Source: Leucoraja ocellata (Eukaryota). From it: a DNA stretch of 64,000 nt. Position 1 is the stretch's first letter. The number at the start of each line of letters is the position of its first letter. The notes under the pieces were generated by a model. The model ran no database searches, was not told the origin of the DNA, and worked only from the letters and a program-made list of their open reading frames with translations. The stretch lies in NCBI GenBank assembly GCA_036785375.1, contig JAWMAR010000081.1, positions 2,728,001 to 2,792,000 on the forward strand. Direction: 5' to 3'. This document shows, piece by piece, positions 26,800-38,871 of the stretch. Both the position numbers and the translations under genes were made by a program.

Positions 26800-27267
26800 C
26801 TATGGATAAAAAGGAAGCCAAGTTACAAAATTCTAACCATCTTCTGAATGTACACCTGCACTGAGTAGTTTCCCATGAATATTAGCTCATTGAAAATAAT
26901 CATTACTTAATTATTTAATACAGTAAGGAACAAAGTTATCCAGCTTATTAGAATTATATGAGAACCAAACAGAGCAATCCCATCACTCATACCGCCTCTT
27001 ATTTCCTTCCAACTCTCCCTCACATTGTTGCCAACAATGATGAAGCAAGTTAAGGAAAGACAGCTAAGTGTACAGTATGGTGTGTTTTGCATGCTCTGCC
27101 ATGACTTACACATAACCAAAACAAATATTCACATAAAGGCCTGGCATGGCATCTGTGGCACCTGTCCAGAAATTTCTCCTTAATTGTGATAAACCTAAGC
27201 ATGCACTTTTAATTATTTGCTCCATTGCTTATTTAAAACATGGAATACATAATATTGTTAGGACTAC

Positions 27268-27411
27268 CTGTAACATCTGCCTCTCCTATCTCAGTAGGAT
27301 CGGGTTCTGGGATTGGATTAATCACACTGGGAATGTCTGTGGCTTGCCGTTCATAGCCAGTTATAAAAGAGAACACTTTAGTTGTATGAGCAGTTGATAA
27401 TTCATGGTCTT
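27268..27411 (-). CDS. Array exon 5 (type A), 144 nt
   Basis: Same splice sites, open frame (ORF 27233-27463). Confidence 0.8.
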
Positions 27412-27891
27412 CTAAGGATAAAAAGGAAGCCAAATTACAAAATTCTAAATATTCTCTGATCATACACCTGCACTAAGTAGTTTCTTATGTATATTAGCAC
27501 ATTGAACACTATAATTATTTAATTATTTATAAAGTATAGAACAACGTCCTCCAGCCCATGGGAATTATACGAGAACCTCATAGACCAATCCCATCAGTCC
27601 AATACCGCCTGTTTTTTCCTTGCAGCAATCATTCACATTGTTGCCAACAATAATGAGCCAAGTTAAGGACTACATCTAAGGGCACAATATGTTAGTGGTT
27701 TCCAGGCTCTTCCATGCCTTACACACAACCAATACAAATATTCACATAAATATTCATGTAAAAGCATAACATGGCATCTGTGGCATGTGTCCAGACGTTT
27801 TTCCTGAATTGTGATAAACATAAGCATGCACTTTTAATTATTTCCTCCATTGCTTTTTATAAACATAGAATACACATATTGTTAGGACTAC

Positions 27892-28035
27892 CTGTAAATT
27901 CTGCCTCTCCTATCTTAGCAGGATCAGGTTCTGGGATTGGATTAATCACACTGGGAATGTCTGTGGCTTGCCGTTCATTGCCAGATATTAAAGGGAACAC
28001 TGTAGTTGTGTGAGAAGTTGACAATTCATGGTCTT
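27892..28035 (-). CDS. Array exon 6 (type B), 144 nt
   Basis: Same splice sites, open frame (ORF 27857-28072). Confidence 0.8.
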
Positions 28036-28522
28036 CTAAGGATAAAAAGTAAGCCAAATTATAAAATTCCAAACATCTTCTGAATGTACACCTGCATTGA
28101 GTAGTTTCCTTTGTATATTAGCACATTTAACATTATCATTAGTTAATTATTTAATACAGTATGGAACAAAATCATCCAGCTCATTGGAATTATATGAGAT
28201 GCAAACCTAACAGAGCAATCCCATCAGTCTCATACCGCCTCTTATTTCCTTGCAACACTCTCTCACATTGTTTCCAACAACGAAGAAGCAAATTAAGGAA
28301 AGATATCTATGTGTCGAGTATGTTTGTGTTTTCCAGGGTCTTCCATAACTTATACACAACCATTACAAATATTCATATAAATAGTCATGTAAAAGCATAC
28401 CGTGGCAACTGTGGCACATGTCCAGACTCTTCTCCTTAATTGTGATTAACATAAGCATGCATTTTTAATCATTTGCTTCATTGATAACTTCAAACATAAA
28501 ATACACAGATTGTTAGAACTAC

Positions 28523-28666
28523 CTGTAACATCTGTCTCCACTATATTAGTAGGATCGGGTTCTGGGATTGGATTGATCACACTGGGAATGTCTGTGGCTT
28601 GCCGTTCATAGCCAGATATTAAAGTGAACACTTTAGTTGTGTGAGAAGTTGATAATTCATGGTTTT
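28523..28666 (-). CDS. Array exon 7 (type C), 144 nt
   Basis: Same splice sites, open frame (ORF 28446-28718). Confidence 0.8.
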
Positions 28667-29086
28667 CTAAGGATAAAAAGGAAGCCAAATTACAAAATTC
28701 TAAATATCTTCTGAACATACACCTGCGCTAAGTAGTTTCTTATGTACATTAGCACATTGAACACGACCATTACTTGATTATTTAATACAGTACGAACAAA
28801 GTCATCCAGTCCATTGGAATGATACGAGAACCTCATAGAGCGATCCCATCAGTCCCATACCCCCTCCTATTTCCTTGCAACAGTCACTCACATTGTCGCC
28901 AACAATGACGAAGCAAGTTAAGGAAAGACCATAAGTGTACAGTATGAGTTCCTTTCATGCATACCATGGCAACTGTGGCACGTGTCCAGACTTTTTTCCA
29001 TAAAAGTGATAAACCTAAGCATGCACTTTTGATTATTTGCTCCATTGCTTATTTCAAACATAGAATATACATATTGTTAGGACTAC

Positions 29087-29230
29087 CTGTAAATTCTGCC
29101 TCTCCTATCTTAGCAGGATCAAGTTCTGGGATTGGATTGATCACACTGGGAATGTCTGTGGCTTGCTGTTCATAGCCAGATATTAAAGAGAACACTGTAG
29201 TTGTGTGAGAAGTTGACAATTCATGGTCTT
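29087..29230 (-). CDS. Array exon 8 (type D), 144 nt
   Basis: Same splice sites, open frame (ORF 29049-29252). Confidence 0.8.
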
Positions 29231-29585
29231 CTATGGATAAAAAGGAAGCCAAGTTACAAAATTCTAACCATCTTCTGAATGTACACCTGCACTGAGTAGT
29301 TTCCCATGAATATTAGCTCATTGAAAATAATCATTACTTAATTATTTAATACAGTAAGGAACAAAGTCATCCAGCTTATTAGAATTATATGAGAACCAAA
29401 CAGAGGAATCCCATCAGTCTCATACCGCCTCTTATTTCCTTCCAACGCTCCCTCACATTGTTGCCAACAATGATGAAGCAAGTTAAGGAAAGACAGCTAA
29501 GTGTACAGTATGCTGTGTTTTGCATGCTCTTCATTTACTCCATTGCTTATTTCAAACATGGAATACATAATATTGTTAGGACTAC

Positions 29586-29729
29586 CTGTAACATCTGCCT
29601 CTCCTATCTCAGTAGGATCGGGTTCTGGGATTTGATTGATCACACTGGGAATGTCTGTGGCTTGCCGTTCATAACCAGATATTAAAGAGAACACTGTAGT
29701 TGTGTGAGAAGTTGACAATTCATGGTCTT
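29586..29729 (-). CDS. Array exon 9 (chimera of type B/D and type A), 144 nt
   Basis: N-half TSHTTTVFSL (B/D type), C-half PTEIGEADVT (A type). Confidence 0.8.
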
Positions 29730-30208
29730 CTAAGGATAAAAAGGAAGCCAATTTCAAAATTCTAAATATTCTCTGATCATACACCTGCACTAAGTAGTTT
29801 CTTATGTATATTAGCACATTGAACACTATAATTATTTAATTATTTATAAAGTATAGAACAACGTCCTCCAGCCCATGGGAATTATACGAGAACCTCATAG
29901 AGCAACCCCATCAGTCCAATACCGCCTGTTTTTTCCTTGCAGCAATCATTCACATTGTTGCCAACAATAATGAACAAAGTTAAGGACTACATCTAAGGGC
30001 ACAGTATGTTAGTGGTTTCCAGGCTCTTCCATGCCTTACACACAACCAATACATATTTTCACATAAATATTCATGTAAAAGCATAACATGGCATCTGTGG
30101 CATGTGTCCAGATGTTTTTCCTGAATTGTGATTAACCTAAGCATGCACTTTTAATTATTTGCTCCATTGCTTTTTATAAACATAGAATACACATATTGTT
30201 AGGACTAC

Positions 30209-30352
30209 CTGTAAATTCTGCCTCTCCTATCTTAGCAGGATCAGGTTCTGGGATTGGATTAATCACACTGGGAATGTCTGTGGCTTGCCGTTCATTGCCA
30301 GATATTAAAGAGAACACTGTAGTTGTGTGAGAAGTTGACAATTCATGGTCTT
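30209..30352 (-). CDS. Array exon 10 (type B), 144 nt
   Basis: Same splice sites, open frame (ORF 30174-30374). Confidence 0.8.
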
Positions 30353-30840
30353 CTAAGGATAAAAAGTAAGCCAAATTATAAAAATTCCAAACATCTTCTG
30401 AATGTACACCTGCATTGAGTAGTTTTCTTTGTATATTAGCAGATTTAACATTATCATTAGTTAATTATTTAATACAGTATGGAACAAAATCATCCAGCTC
30501 ATTGGAATTATATGAGATGCAAACCTAACAGAGCAATCCCATCAGTCTCATACCGCCTCTTATTTCCTTGCAACACTCTCTCACATTGTTTCCAACAAAG
30601 AAGAAGCAAATTAAGGAAAGATATCTATGTGTCGAGTATGTTTGTGTTTTCCAGGGTCTTCCATAACTTACACACAACCATTACAAATATTCATATAAAT
30701 AGTCATGTAAAAGCATACCGTGGCAACTGTGGCACGTGTCCAGACTCTTCTCCTTAATTATGATAAACATAAGCATGCATTTTAAATTATTTGCTTCATT
30801 GATAACTTCAAACATAAAATACACAGATTGTTAGAACTAC

Positions 30841-30984
30841 CTGTAACATCTGTCTCCACTATATTAGTAGGATCGGGTTCTGGGATTGGATTGATCACAC
30901 TGGGAATGTCTGTGGCTTGCCGTTCATAGCCAGATATTAAAGTGAACACTTTAGTTGTGTGAGAAGTTGATAATTCATGGTTTT
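30841..30984 (-). CDS. Array exon 11 (type C), 144 nt
   Basis: Same splice sites, open frame (ORF 30782-31036). Confidence 0.8.
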
Positions 30985-31465
30985 CTAAGGATAAAAAGGA
31001 AGCCAAATTACAAAATTCTAAATATCTTCTGAACATACACCTGCGCTAAGTAGTTTCTTATGTACATTAGCACATTGAACACGACCATTACTTGATTATT
31101 TAATACAGTACGAACAAAGTCATCCAGTCCATTGGAATGATACGAGAACCTCATAGAGCGATCCCATCAGTCCCATACCCCCTCCTATTTCCTTGCAACA
31201 GTCACTCACATTGTCGCCAACAATGACGAAGCAAGTTAAGGAAAGACCATAAGTGTACAGTATGTTTGTGTTTTCCAGGCTCTTCCATGGCTTACACACA
31301 ACCAATCCAAATATTCACATAAATATTCATGTAAAAGCATAACATGGCATCTGTGGCACGTGTCCAGACTTTTTTCCTAAATTGTGATAAACCTAAGAAT
31401 GCGCTTTTAATTATTTGCTCCATTGCTTACTTCAAACATAGAATACACAGATTGTTGGAACTACC

Positions 31466-33723
31466 AACAAAGAAGAGTAGAACGGGGGTCTCAGTGTTGC
31501 AGTTGAATAAAGGGGACTATGGGGCAATAAGGGAGGAGCTGGCCAAAGTTGACTGGAAAGATACACTAGCAGGGATGACAGTGGAACAAATATGTCAGGT
31601 GTTTCTAAGAACGATAGAGAAGGTGCAGGATCAGTTCATTCCTAGGAGGAAGAAAGATTCCAAGGGGAGAAAGGGACGACCATGGCTGACAAGGGACGTC
31701 AGGGACAGTATAAAAATAAAAGCGAGCGGGAAGCAAGTGAGCGGGAAGCAAGTGGATTGGGTAATGTTTAAAGAACAACAGAAGATAACCAAAAAGACAA
31801 TACGGGTAGAAAAGATGAGGTATGAAGGTAAGCTAGCCAAGAATATAAAGCAGGTCCCACACAGGAGATTAGTAGGCAAAATTAGGGCACATGGTATTGG
31901 GGGTAGAGTGCTGACATGGATAGAGAAATAAAGCTTCTTTAGGTATGTGAAGAGGAAAAAATTAGTTATGACCAAAGTTGGACCCTTGAAGACCGAAAAG
32001 GTGAATTTATTATGGGGAACAAGGAAATGGTAGATGAGTTGAACAGGTACTTTGGGTCTGTCTTCATTAAGGAGGACACAAACAATCTTCCTGATATAGT
32101 AGTGGCCAGAGGATCTGGGGTGACAGAGGAACTGAAGGAAATCCACATTCGGCAGGAAATTGTGTTGGATAGACTGATGGGACTGAAGGCTGATTTATCC
32201 CCAGGGCCTGGTGGTCTGCATCCCAGGGTACTTAAGCAAGTGGCTCTAGAAATCGTGGATGCATTGGTGATAATTTTCCAATGTTCTATTGACTCAGGAT
32301 CAGTTCCTGTGGATTGGAGGGTAGCTAATGTTATCCCGCTGTTTAAGAAAGGCGGGAGAGAGAAAACAGGGAATTATAGACCAGTTAGCCTGACATCGGT
32401 GGTGGGGAAGATGCTGGAGTCAATTATAAAAAATGAGATAGCTGAACATTTGGATAGCAGTAACAGGATCCGTCCGAGTCAGCATGGATTTACGAACGGG
32501 AAATCATGCTTGACTAATCTTCTGGAATTTTTTGAAGATGTAACTAGGAAAACAGACAAGGGAGAGCCAGTGGATGTAGTGTACCTGGACTTTCAGAAAG
32601 CATTTGATAAGGTCCCACACAAGAGATTATTGGGCAAAATTAGGGCACATGGTATTGGGGGTAGAGTGCTGACATGGATAGAGAAGTGGTTGGCAGACAG
32701 TAAACAAAGAGTAGGGATTAACAGGTCCCTTTCAGAATGGCAGGCAGTGACTAGTGGGGTACCACAAGGCTCGGTACTGGGACCGCAGCTATTTACAATA
32801 TACATCAATGATTGGGATGAAGGCATTGAAAGTAATATTAGCAAATTTGCAGATGACACAAAACTGGGTGGCAGCGGGAACTGTGAGGAGGATTCCATGA
32901 GAATGCAGGGTGACTTTGACAGGTTGGGGGAGTGGGCAGATGCATGGCAGATGCAGTTTAATGCGGATAAATGTGAGGTAGCAAAAACAGGAAGGCAGAT
33001 TACTATATAAATGGCATCAAGTTGTGAAAAGGGAAAGTACAAATGGGATCTGGGGGTTCTTGTACATCAGTCTATGAAAGTAAGCATGCAGGTACAGCTG
33101 GAAGTAAAGAAAGCAAATGGCATATTGGCCTTTATAACAAGAGGAATCGAATATAGGAGCAAAGAGGTCCTTCTGCAGTTGTACAGAGCCCTAGTGAGAC
33201 CACAACTGGAGTATTGTGTACAGTTTTAGTCCCCTAATTTGAGGAAGGACATTCTTGCTATTGAGGGAGTGCAGCGTAGGTTTACAAGGTTAATTCCCGG
33301 GATGGCGGGACTGTCATATGGAGAGAGAATCGAGCAGCTGGCCTTGTACACTCTGGAGTTTAGAAGGATGAGAGGGTTTGGACATGCTAGAGACAGGAAA
33401 CATGTTCCCGATGTTGGGGGAGTCCAGAACCAGGGCCCACAGTTTAAGAATAAGGAGTAGGCCATTTAGAGCGGAGACGAGGAAACACTTTCTCACACAG
33501 AGAGTGGTGAATCTGTGGAGTTCTTTGCCTCAGAGGGCGGTGGAGGCGGGTTCTCTGGATGTTTTCAAAGGAGAGCAAGATAGGGCTCTTAAAAATAGCG
33601 GAGTCAGGGGATATGGGGAGAAGGCAGGGTCGGGGCACTGATTGGGGATGATCAGCCATGATCACATTGAATGGTGGTGCTGGCTCAAAGGGTTAAATGG
33701 CCTACTCCTGCATCTATTGTCTA
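31466..33723 (+). mobile_element. Young 5'-truncated CR1 LINE inserted at the splice donor of array exon 12
   Basis: RT ORF 32012-33010 ([38 protein letters not shown]); ctattgtcta tail; TACC on both sides. Confidence 0.95.
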
Positions 33724-33726
33724 TAC

Positions 33727-33840
33727 CTGAAAATTCTGCCTGTCTTATCTTAGCAGGATCAGGTTCGGGGATTGGATTGATCAAACTGGGAATGCTGGTG
33801 AACAGTTTAATTGTGTGAGAAGTTGACAATTCATGGTCCT
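33727..33840 (-). CDS. Array exon 12, 114 nt (30-nt in-frame deletion): EDHELSTSHTIKLFTSIPSLINPIPEPDPAKIRQAEFS
   Basis: ttttattcttag|AG ... TCA G|gtatag; the donor abuts the LINE tail. Confidence 0.6.
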
Positions 33841-34309
33841 CTAAGAATAAAAAGGAAGCCAAGTTACAAAATTCTAAACATCTTCTCAATGTACATCTGT
33901 GCCATGTAGTTTCCTATGAATATTAGCACATTGTAAATATTCATTACTTAATTTTTTAATACAGTAAGGAACAAAGTCATCCAGCTCATTAGAATTATAT
34001 GAGAACCAAACAGAGCAATCTCATCAGTTTCATACCGCCTCTTATTTTCTTCCAACGCTCTCTCACATTGTTGCCAACAATGATGAAGCAAGTTAAGGAA
34101 AGACAGCTAAGTGTACAGTATGCTGTGTTTTGCATGCTCTTCCATGCCTTACACATAACCAAAACAAATATTCACATAAAGGCCTGGCATGGCATCTGTG
34201 GCACCTGTCCAGACGTTTTTCCTTAATTGTGATGAACCTAAGCATGCACTTTCAATTATTTACTCCATTGCTTATTTCAAATATAGAATACACATATTGT
34301 TAAAACTAC

Positions 34310-34453
34310 CTGTAAATTCTGCCTCTCCTGCGTTAGTAGGATCGGGTTCTGGGATTGGATTAGTCACACTGGGAATGTCTGTGGCTTGCCGTTCATAGCC
34401 AGATATAAAAGAGAACACTTTAGTTGTGTGAGAAGTTGACAATTCATGGTCTT
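34310..34453 (-). CDS. Array exon 13, 144 nt
   Basis: Same splice sites, open frame (ORF 34272-34475). Confidence 0.8.
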
Positions 34454-34574
34454 CTAAGGATAAAAAGGAAGCCAAATTACAAAATTCTAAACATCTTCTG
34501 AATGTACACCTGCATTAAGTAGTTTCCTATGTATATTATCACGTTGAACATTATCATTACTTTATTATTTAATA

Positions 34575-36297
34575 CAATAGACAATGGGTGCAGGAGTAGG
34601 CCATTCGGCCCTTCGAGCCAGCACCGCCATTCAATGTGATCATGGCTGATCATCCCCAATCAGTACCCCGTTCCTGCCTTCTCCCTATATCCCTTGACTC
34701 CGCTATTTTCAAGAGCCCTATCTAGCTCTCTCTTGAAAGCATCCAGAGAACCGGCCTCCACCACCCTCTGAGGCAGAGAATTCCATAGACTCACAACTCT
34801 CTGTGTGAAAAGGTATTTCCTCATCTCCATTCTAAATGGCTTAGCCCCTATTCTTAAAATGTGGCCCCAGTTTCTGGACTCCCCCAACATCGGGAACATG
34901 TTTCCTGCCTCTAGCATGTCCAAACCCTTAATAATCTTATATGTTTCAACAAGATCCCCTCTCATCATTCTAAATTCCAGAGTATACAAGCCCAGCCATT
35001 CCATTCTATCAACATATGAAAGTCCTGTCATCCCAGGAATTAACCTTGTGAACCATTGCACTCCCTCAATAGCAAGAATGTCCTTCCTCAAATTTGGAGA
35101 CCAAAACTGCACATAATACTCCAGGTGTGGTCTCACTAGGGCCCTGTACAACTGGAGAAGGACCTCTTTGCTCCAATGTTCAACTCCTCTTGTTATGAAG
35201 GCCAACATGTAATTCGCTTTCTTCACTGCCTGCTGTACCTGCATGCTTACTTTCAGTGACTGATGAACAAGGACTCCCCAGATCCCACTGTACTTACCCT
35301 TTTTCCAATTTGTCACCATTTATATAGTAATCTGCCTTCCTGTTTTTGCCACCGATGTGGATAATCTCACATTTATCCACATTAAACTGCATCTGCCATG
35401 CATCTGCCCACTCACCCAAATTGTCCAAGTCACCCTGCATCCTCATAGCATCCTCCTCACCGTTCACAGTGCCACCCAGCTTTGTGTCATCTGCAAATTT
35501 GCTAATGTTACTTTCAATCCCTTCCTCAAATCATTAATATATATTGTAAATAGCTATGGTCCCAGGACCGAGCCTTACGGTACACCATTAGTCACTATTC
35601 TGAAAGGGACCCGTCAATCCCTACTCTTTGTTTCCTGCCTGCTAACCATTTTTCTATCCATGTCAGCACTCTACCCTTATACCATGTGATCTAATTTTGC
35701 CCTCTAATCTCCTATGTGGGACCTTATCAAATGCTTTCTGAAAGTCCAGGTACACCACATCCACTGGCTCTCCCTTGTCCATTTTCGCAGCTACATCCTC
35801 AAAAATTTCCAGAAGATTAGTCAAGCATGATTTCCCCTTTGTAATTCCATGCTGACTTGGACCTATTCTGATACCGCTATTCAAATGTGCCCCTATTTCA
35901 TCTTTTATAATTGACACCAGCATCTTCCCCACCACCGATGACAGGCTAACTAGCCTATAATTCCCTGTTTTCTCTTTCCCTCCTTTCTTAAAAAGTGGGA
36001 TAACATTAGCTACCCTCCAACCCCCAGGAACTGATCCCGAATCTTTCGAACATTGGAAAATGATCACCAAAGCGTCCATGATTTCTAGAGGCACTTCGTT
36101 AGGTACCCTGGGATGCAAAGCATCAGGCCTTGGGGATTTATCAACTTCCGTCCCATCAGTCTACACAACACCATTTTCTGCCTAATGTTAATTTCCTTCA
36201 GTTCCTCCGTCACCCTAGATCCTCTGGCCACTAGTACATCAGGAAGATTGTTTGTGTCCTCCTGAATGAAGACGGATCCAATCCAAAGTACCTGTTC
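34575..36297 (-). mobile_element. 5'-truncated CR1 LINE in an array intron
   Basis: ORFs 34660-35319 and 35663-36118 (VYLDFQKAFDKVPH); caatagacaat tail; about 90 bp of the unit intron is missing at the site. Confidence 0.95.
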
Positions 36298-36570
36298 GTT
36301 GCAACACTCTCTCACATCGTCGCCAACAACGAAGAAGCAAATTAAGGAAAGATATTTGTGTGTTGAGTATGTTTGTGTTTTCCAGGCTCTTCCATAACTT
36401 ACACACAACCATTACAAATATTCACATAAATATGCATGTAAAAGCATACCTGGCATCTGTGGCACATGTCCAGACTGTTTTCCTTAATTGTGATAAACCT
36501 AAGCATGCATTTGTAATTATTTGCTTCATTGTTTACTTCAAACATAAAATACACAGATTGTTAGAACTAC

Positions 36571-36714
36571 CTGTAATATCTGTATCTCCCATATTAGTAG
36601 GATCAGGTTCTGGGATTGGATTGATCACACTGGGAATGTCTGTGGCTTGCTGTTCATAGCCAGATATTAAAGTGAACACTTTAGTTGTGTGAGAAGTTGA
36701 TAATTCATGGTCTT
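36571..36714 (-). CDS. Array exon 14, 144 nt
   Basis: Same splice sites, open frame (ORF 36533-36763). Confidence 0.8.
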
Positions 36715-37190
36715 CTAAGGATAAAAAAGCCAAATTACCAATGTCTAAATATCTTCTGAACATACACTTGCACCAAGTAGTTTCCTATGTATATCAGCAC
36801 ATTGAACACTACCATTACATAATTATTTAATACAGTACGGAACAAACTCATCCAGCTCATTTGAATGATACGAGAACATAATAGAGCGATCCCATCAGTC
36901 CCATACCCCCTCTTATTTCCTTGCAACACTCAGTCACATTGTCACCAACAATGACAAAGCAAGTTAAGGAAAGACCATAATTGCAGTTTGTTTGTGTTTT
37001 CCAGGCTCTTCCATGGGCTTACACACAACCAATACAAATATTCACATAAATATTCATGTAAACGCATATCATGGCAACTGTGGCATGTGTCCAGACTTTT
37101 TTCCTTAATTGTGATAAACATAAGCATGCACTTTTAATTATTTGCTCCATGCTTACGTCAAACATAAAATACACAGATTGTTAGAACTAC

Positions 37191-37334
37191 CTGTAACATC
37201 TGCCTCGACTATCTTAGTACGATCGGAATCGGGGATTGGATTGATCACACTGGGAATGTCTGTGGCTTGCCGTTCATAGCCAGATATTAAAGTGAACAGT
37301 TTAGTTGTGTGAGAAGTTGACAATTCATGGTCTT
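37191..37334 (-). CDS. Array exon 15, 144 nt: EDHELSTSHTTKLFTLISGYERQATDIPSVINPIPDSDRTKIVEADVT
   Basis: Same splice sites, open frame (translated by hand). Confidence 0.8.
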
Positions 37335-37805
37335 CTAAGGATAAAAAGGAAGCCGAGTTACAAAATTCTAAATATCTTGTAAACGTACACCTGATGCTTA
37401 GTAGTTTCCTATGTACATTAGCACATTGAACACTACCATTGGTTAATTATTTAATACAGTACGGAACAAAGCCATCCAGCCCATTGGAATTATATGGGAA
37501 CCTAACAGAGCGAACCCATCAATTCCATACCGCTTCTTATTTCCTTCCAACACTCACTCACATTGTCGCCAGCAAAGAAGAAGCAAATTAAGGACAGACA
37601 TCTAAGTGTACAGTATGTTTGTGTTTTCCAGCTTCTTCCATGCCTTACACACAACCAATACAAATGTTCACGTAAAAGCCTAGTATGGCATCTGTGGCAC
37701 GTGTGCAGACTATTTCCCTTAATTGTGATAAACCTAAACATGCATTTTTAATTATTTTCTCCATTGCTTAATTCAAACATAAAATACACAGATTGTTAGA
37801 ACTAC

Positions 37806-37949
37806 CTGTAACATCTGCCTCTCCTATCTTAGCAGGATCAGGTTCTGGGATTGGATTGATCACACTGGGAATGTCTGTAGCTTGCCGTTCATAGCCAGAT
37901 ATTAATGTGAACACTTTAGTTGTGTGAGAAGTTGACAATTCATGGTCTT
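37806..37949 (-). CDS. Array exon 16, 144 nt
   Basis: Same splice sites, open frame (ORF 37768-37971). Confidence 0.8.
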
Positions 37950-38429
37950 CTAAGGATAAAAAGGAAGTCAAATTACAAAATTCTAAATATCTTCTAAACG
38001 TGCACCTGACACCGAGTAGTTTCCTATGTTTATTAGCACATTGAACACTACCATTAGTTAATTATTTATAGAGTATGGAACAACTCCACTAGCCCATGGG
38101 AATTATATGAGAACCTAACAGAGGGATCCCATCAGTCCAATACCGCCTGTTTTTTCCTTGCAGCAATCACTCACATTGTTGCCAACAATGATGAAGCAAG
38201 TTAAGGACAGACATCTAAGGGCACAGCATGTTTGTGTTTCCAGGCTCTTCCATGCCTTATACACAACCAATTCAAATATTAACATAAATATTAATTTAAA
38301 AGCATAACATAGCATCTGTGGCACGTGTCCAGATTTCTTTCCTTAATTGTGATAAACCTAAGCATACACTTTTAATTATTTACTCTATTGTTTACTTCAA
38401 ACATAGAATACACAGATTGTTAGGACTAC

Positions 38430-38573
38430 CTGTAAATTCTGCCTCTCCTATCTTAGCAGGATCAGGTTCTGGGATTGGATTGATCACACTGGGAATGTCT
38501 GTGGCTTGCCGCTCATGGCCAGATATTAAAGTGAACACTTTAGTTGTGTGAGAAGTTGACAATTCATGGTCTT
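38430..38573 (-). CDS. Array exon 17, 144 nt
   Basis: Same splice sites, open frame (ORF 38392-38595). Confidence 0.8.
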
Positions 38574-38871
38574 CTAAGGATAAAAAGGAAGTCAAATTAC
38601 AAAATTCTAAATATCTTGTAAATGTACACCTGATGCTTAGTAGTTTCCTATGTACATTAGCACATTGAACACTACCATTACTTAATGATTTAATACAGTA
38701 CGGAACAAAGTCATCCAGTCCATTGGAATTATAGGGGAACCTAACAGAGCAATCTCGTCAGTTCCATACTGCCTCTTATTTCCTTGCATAACTCACTCAC
38801 ATACCAACAGGTCACCGCTCTTCTTTTGCCACACAGTTCTTACATTAGAGTTATTGATTGCGGTTATTAAG

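Larger units (their letters stand above)
24530..38805. repeat. Young tandem array of 17 exon+intron units (~620 bp), partly a 4-unit ~2.49-kb higher-order repeat, interrupted by two LINEs
   Basis: Exon starts 24778, 25402, 26032, 26656 recur at +2490, +2490, +2491, +2431 with matching diagnostic variants. Confidence 0.95.

Noticed and set aside
32012-33010. 332-aa reverse transcriptase ORF as an active or domesticated gene
   Set aside because: 5'-truncated CR1 copy with no endonuclease domain and with stops and frameshifts on both sides; same for the other RT ORFs
24657-38551. Recurrent plus-strand ORFs (MASVAxVQTFFLNCDK...GSGSGIGLITLGMSVAC) as a tandem small-protein family
   Set aside because: They are antisense shadows of the repeat unit; starts, stops and frames vary between units, while only the minus-strand exon frame and splice sites are conserved
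24740-38595. Minus-strand 67-117 aa ORFs as independent single-exon genes
   Set aside because: The FLSL start is the translated pyrimidine tract and the GSSNN/GSPNN end is the translated donor; conservation in older copies stops at AG and GT
24530-38805. CRISPR array or non-coding satellite
   Set aside because: Eukaryotic context, ~620-bp fully homologous units without unique spacers, and frame-preserving exons in each unit
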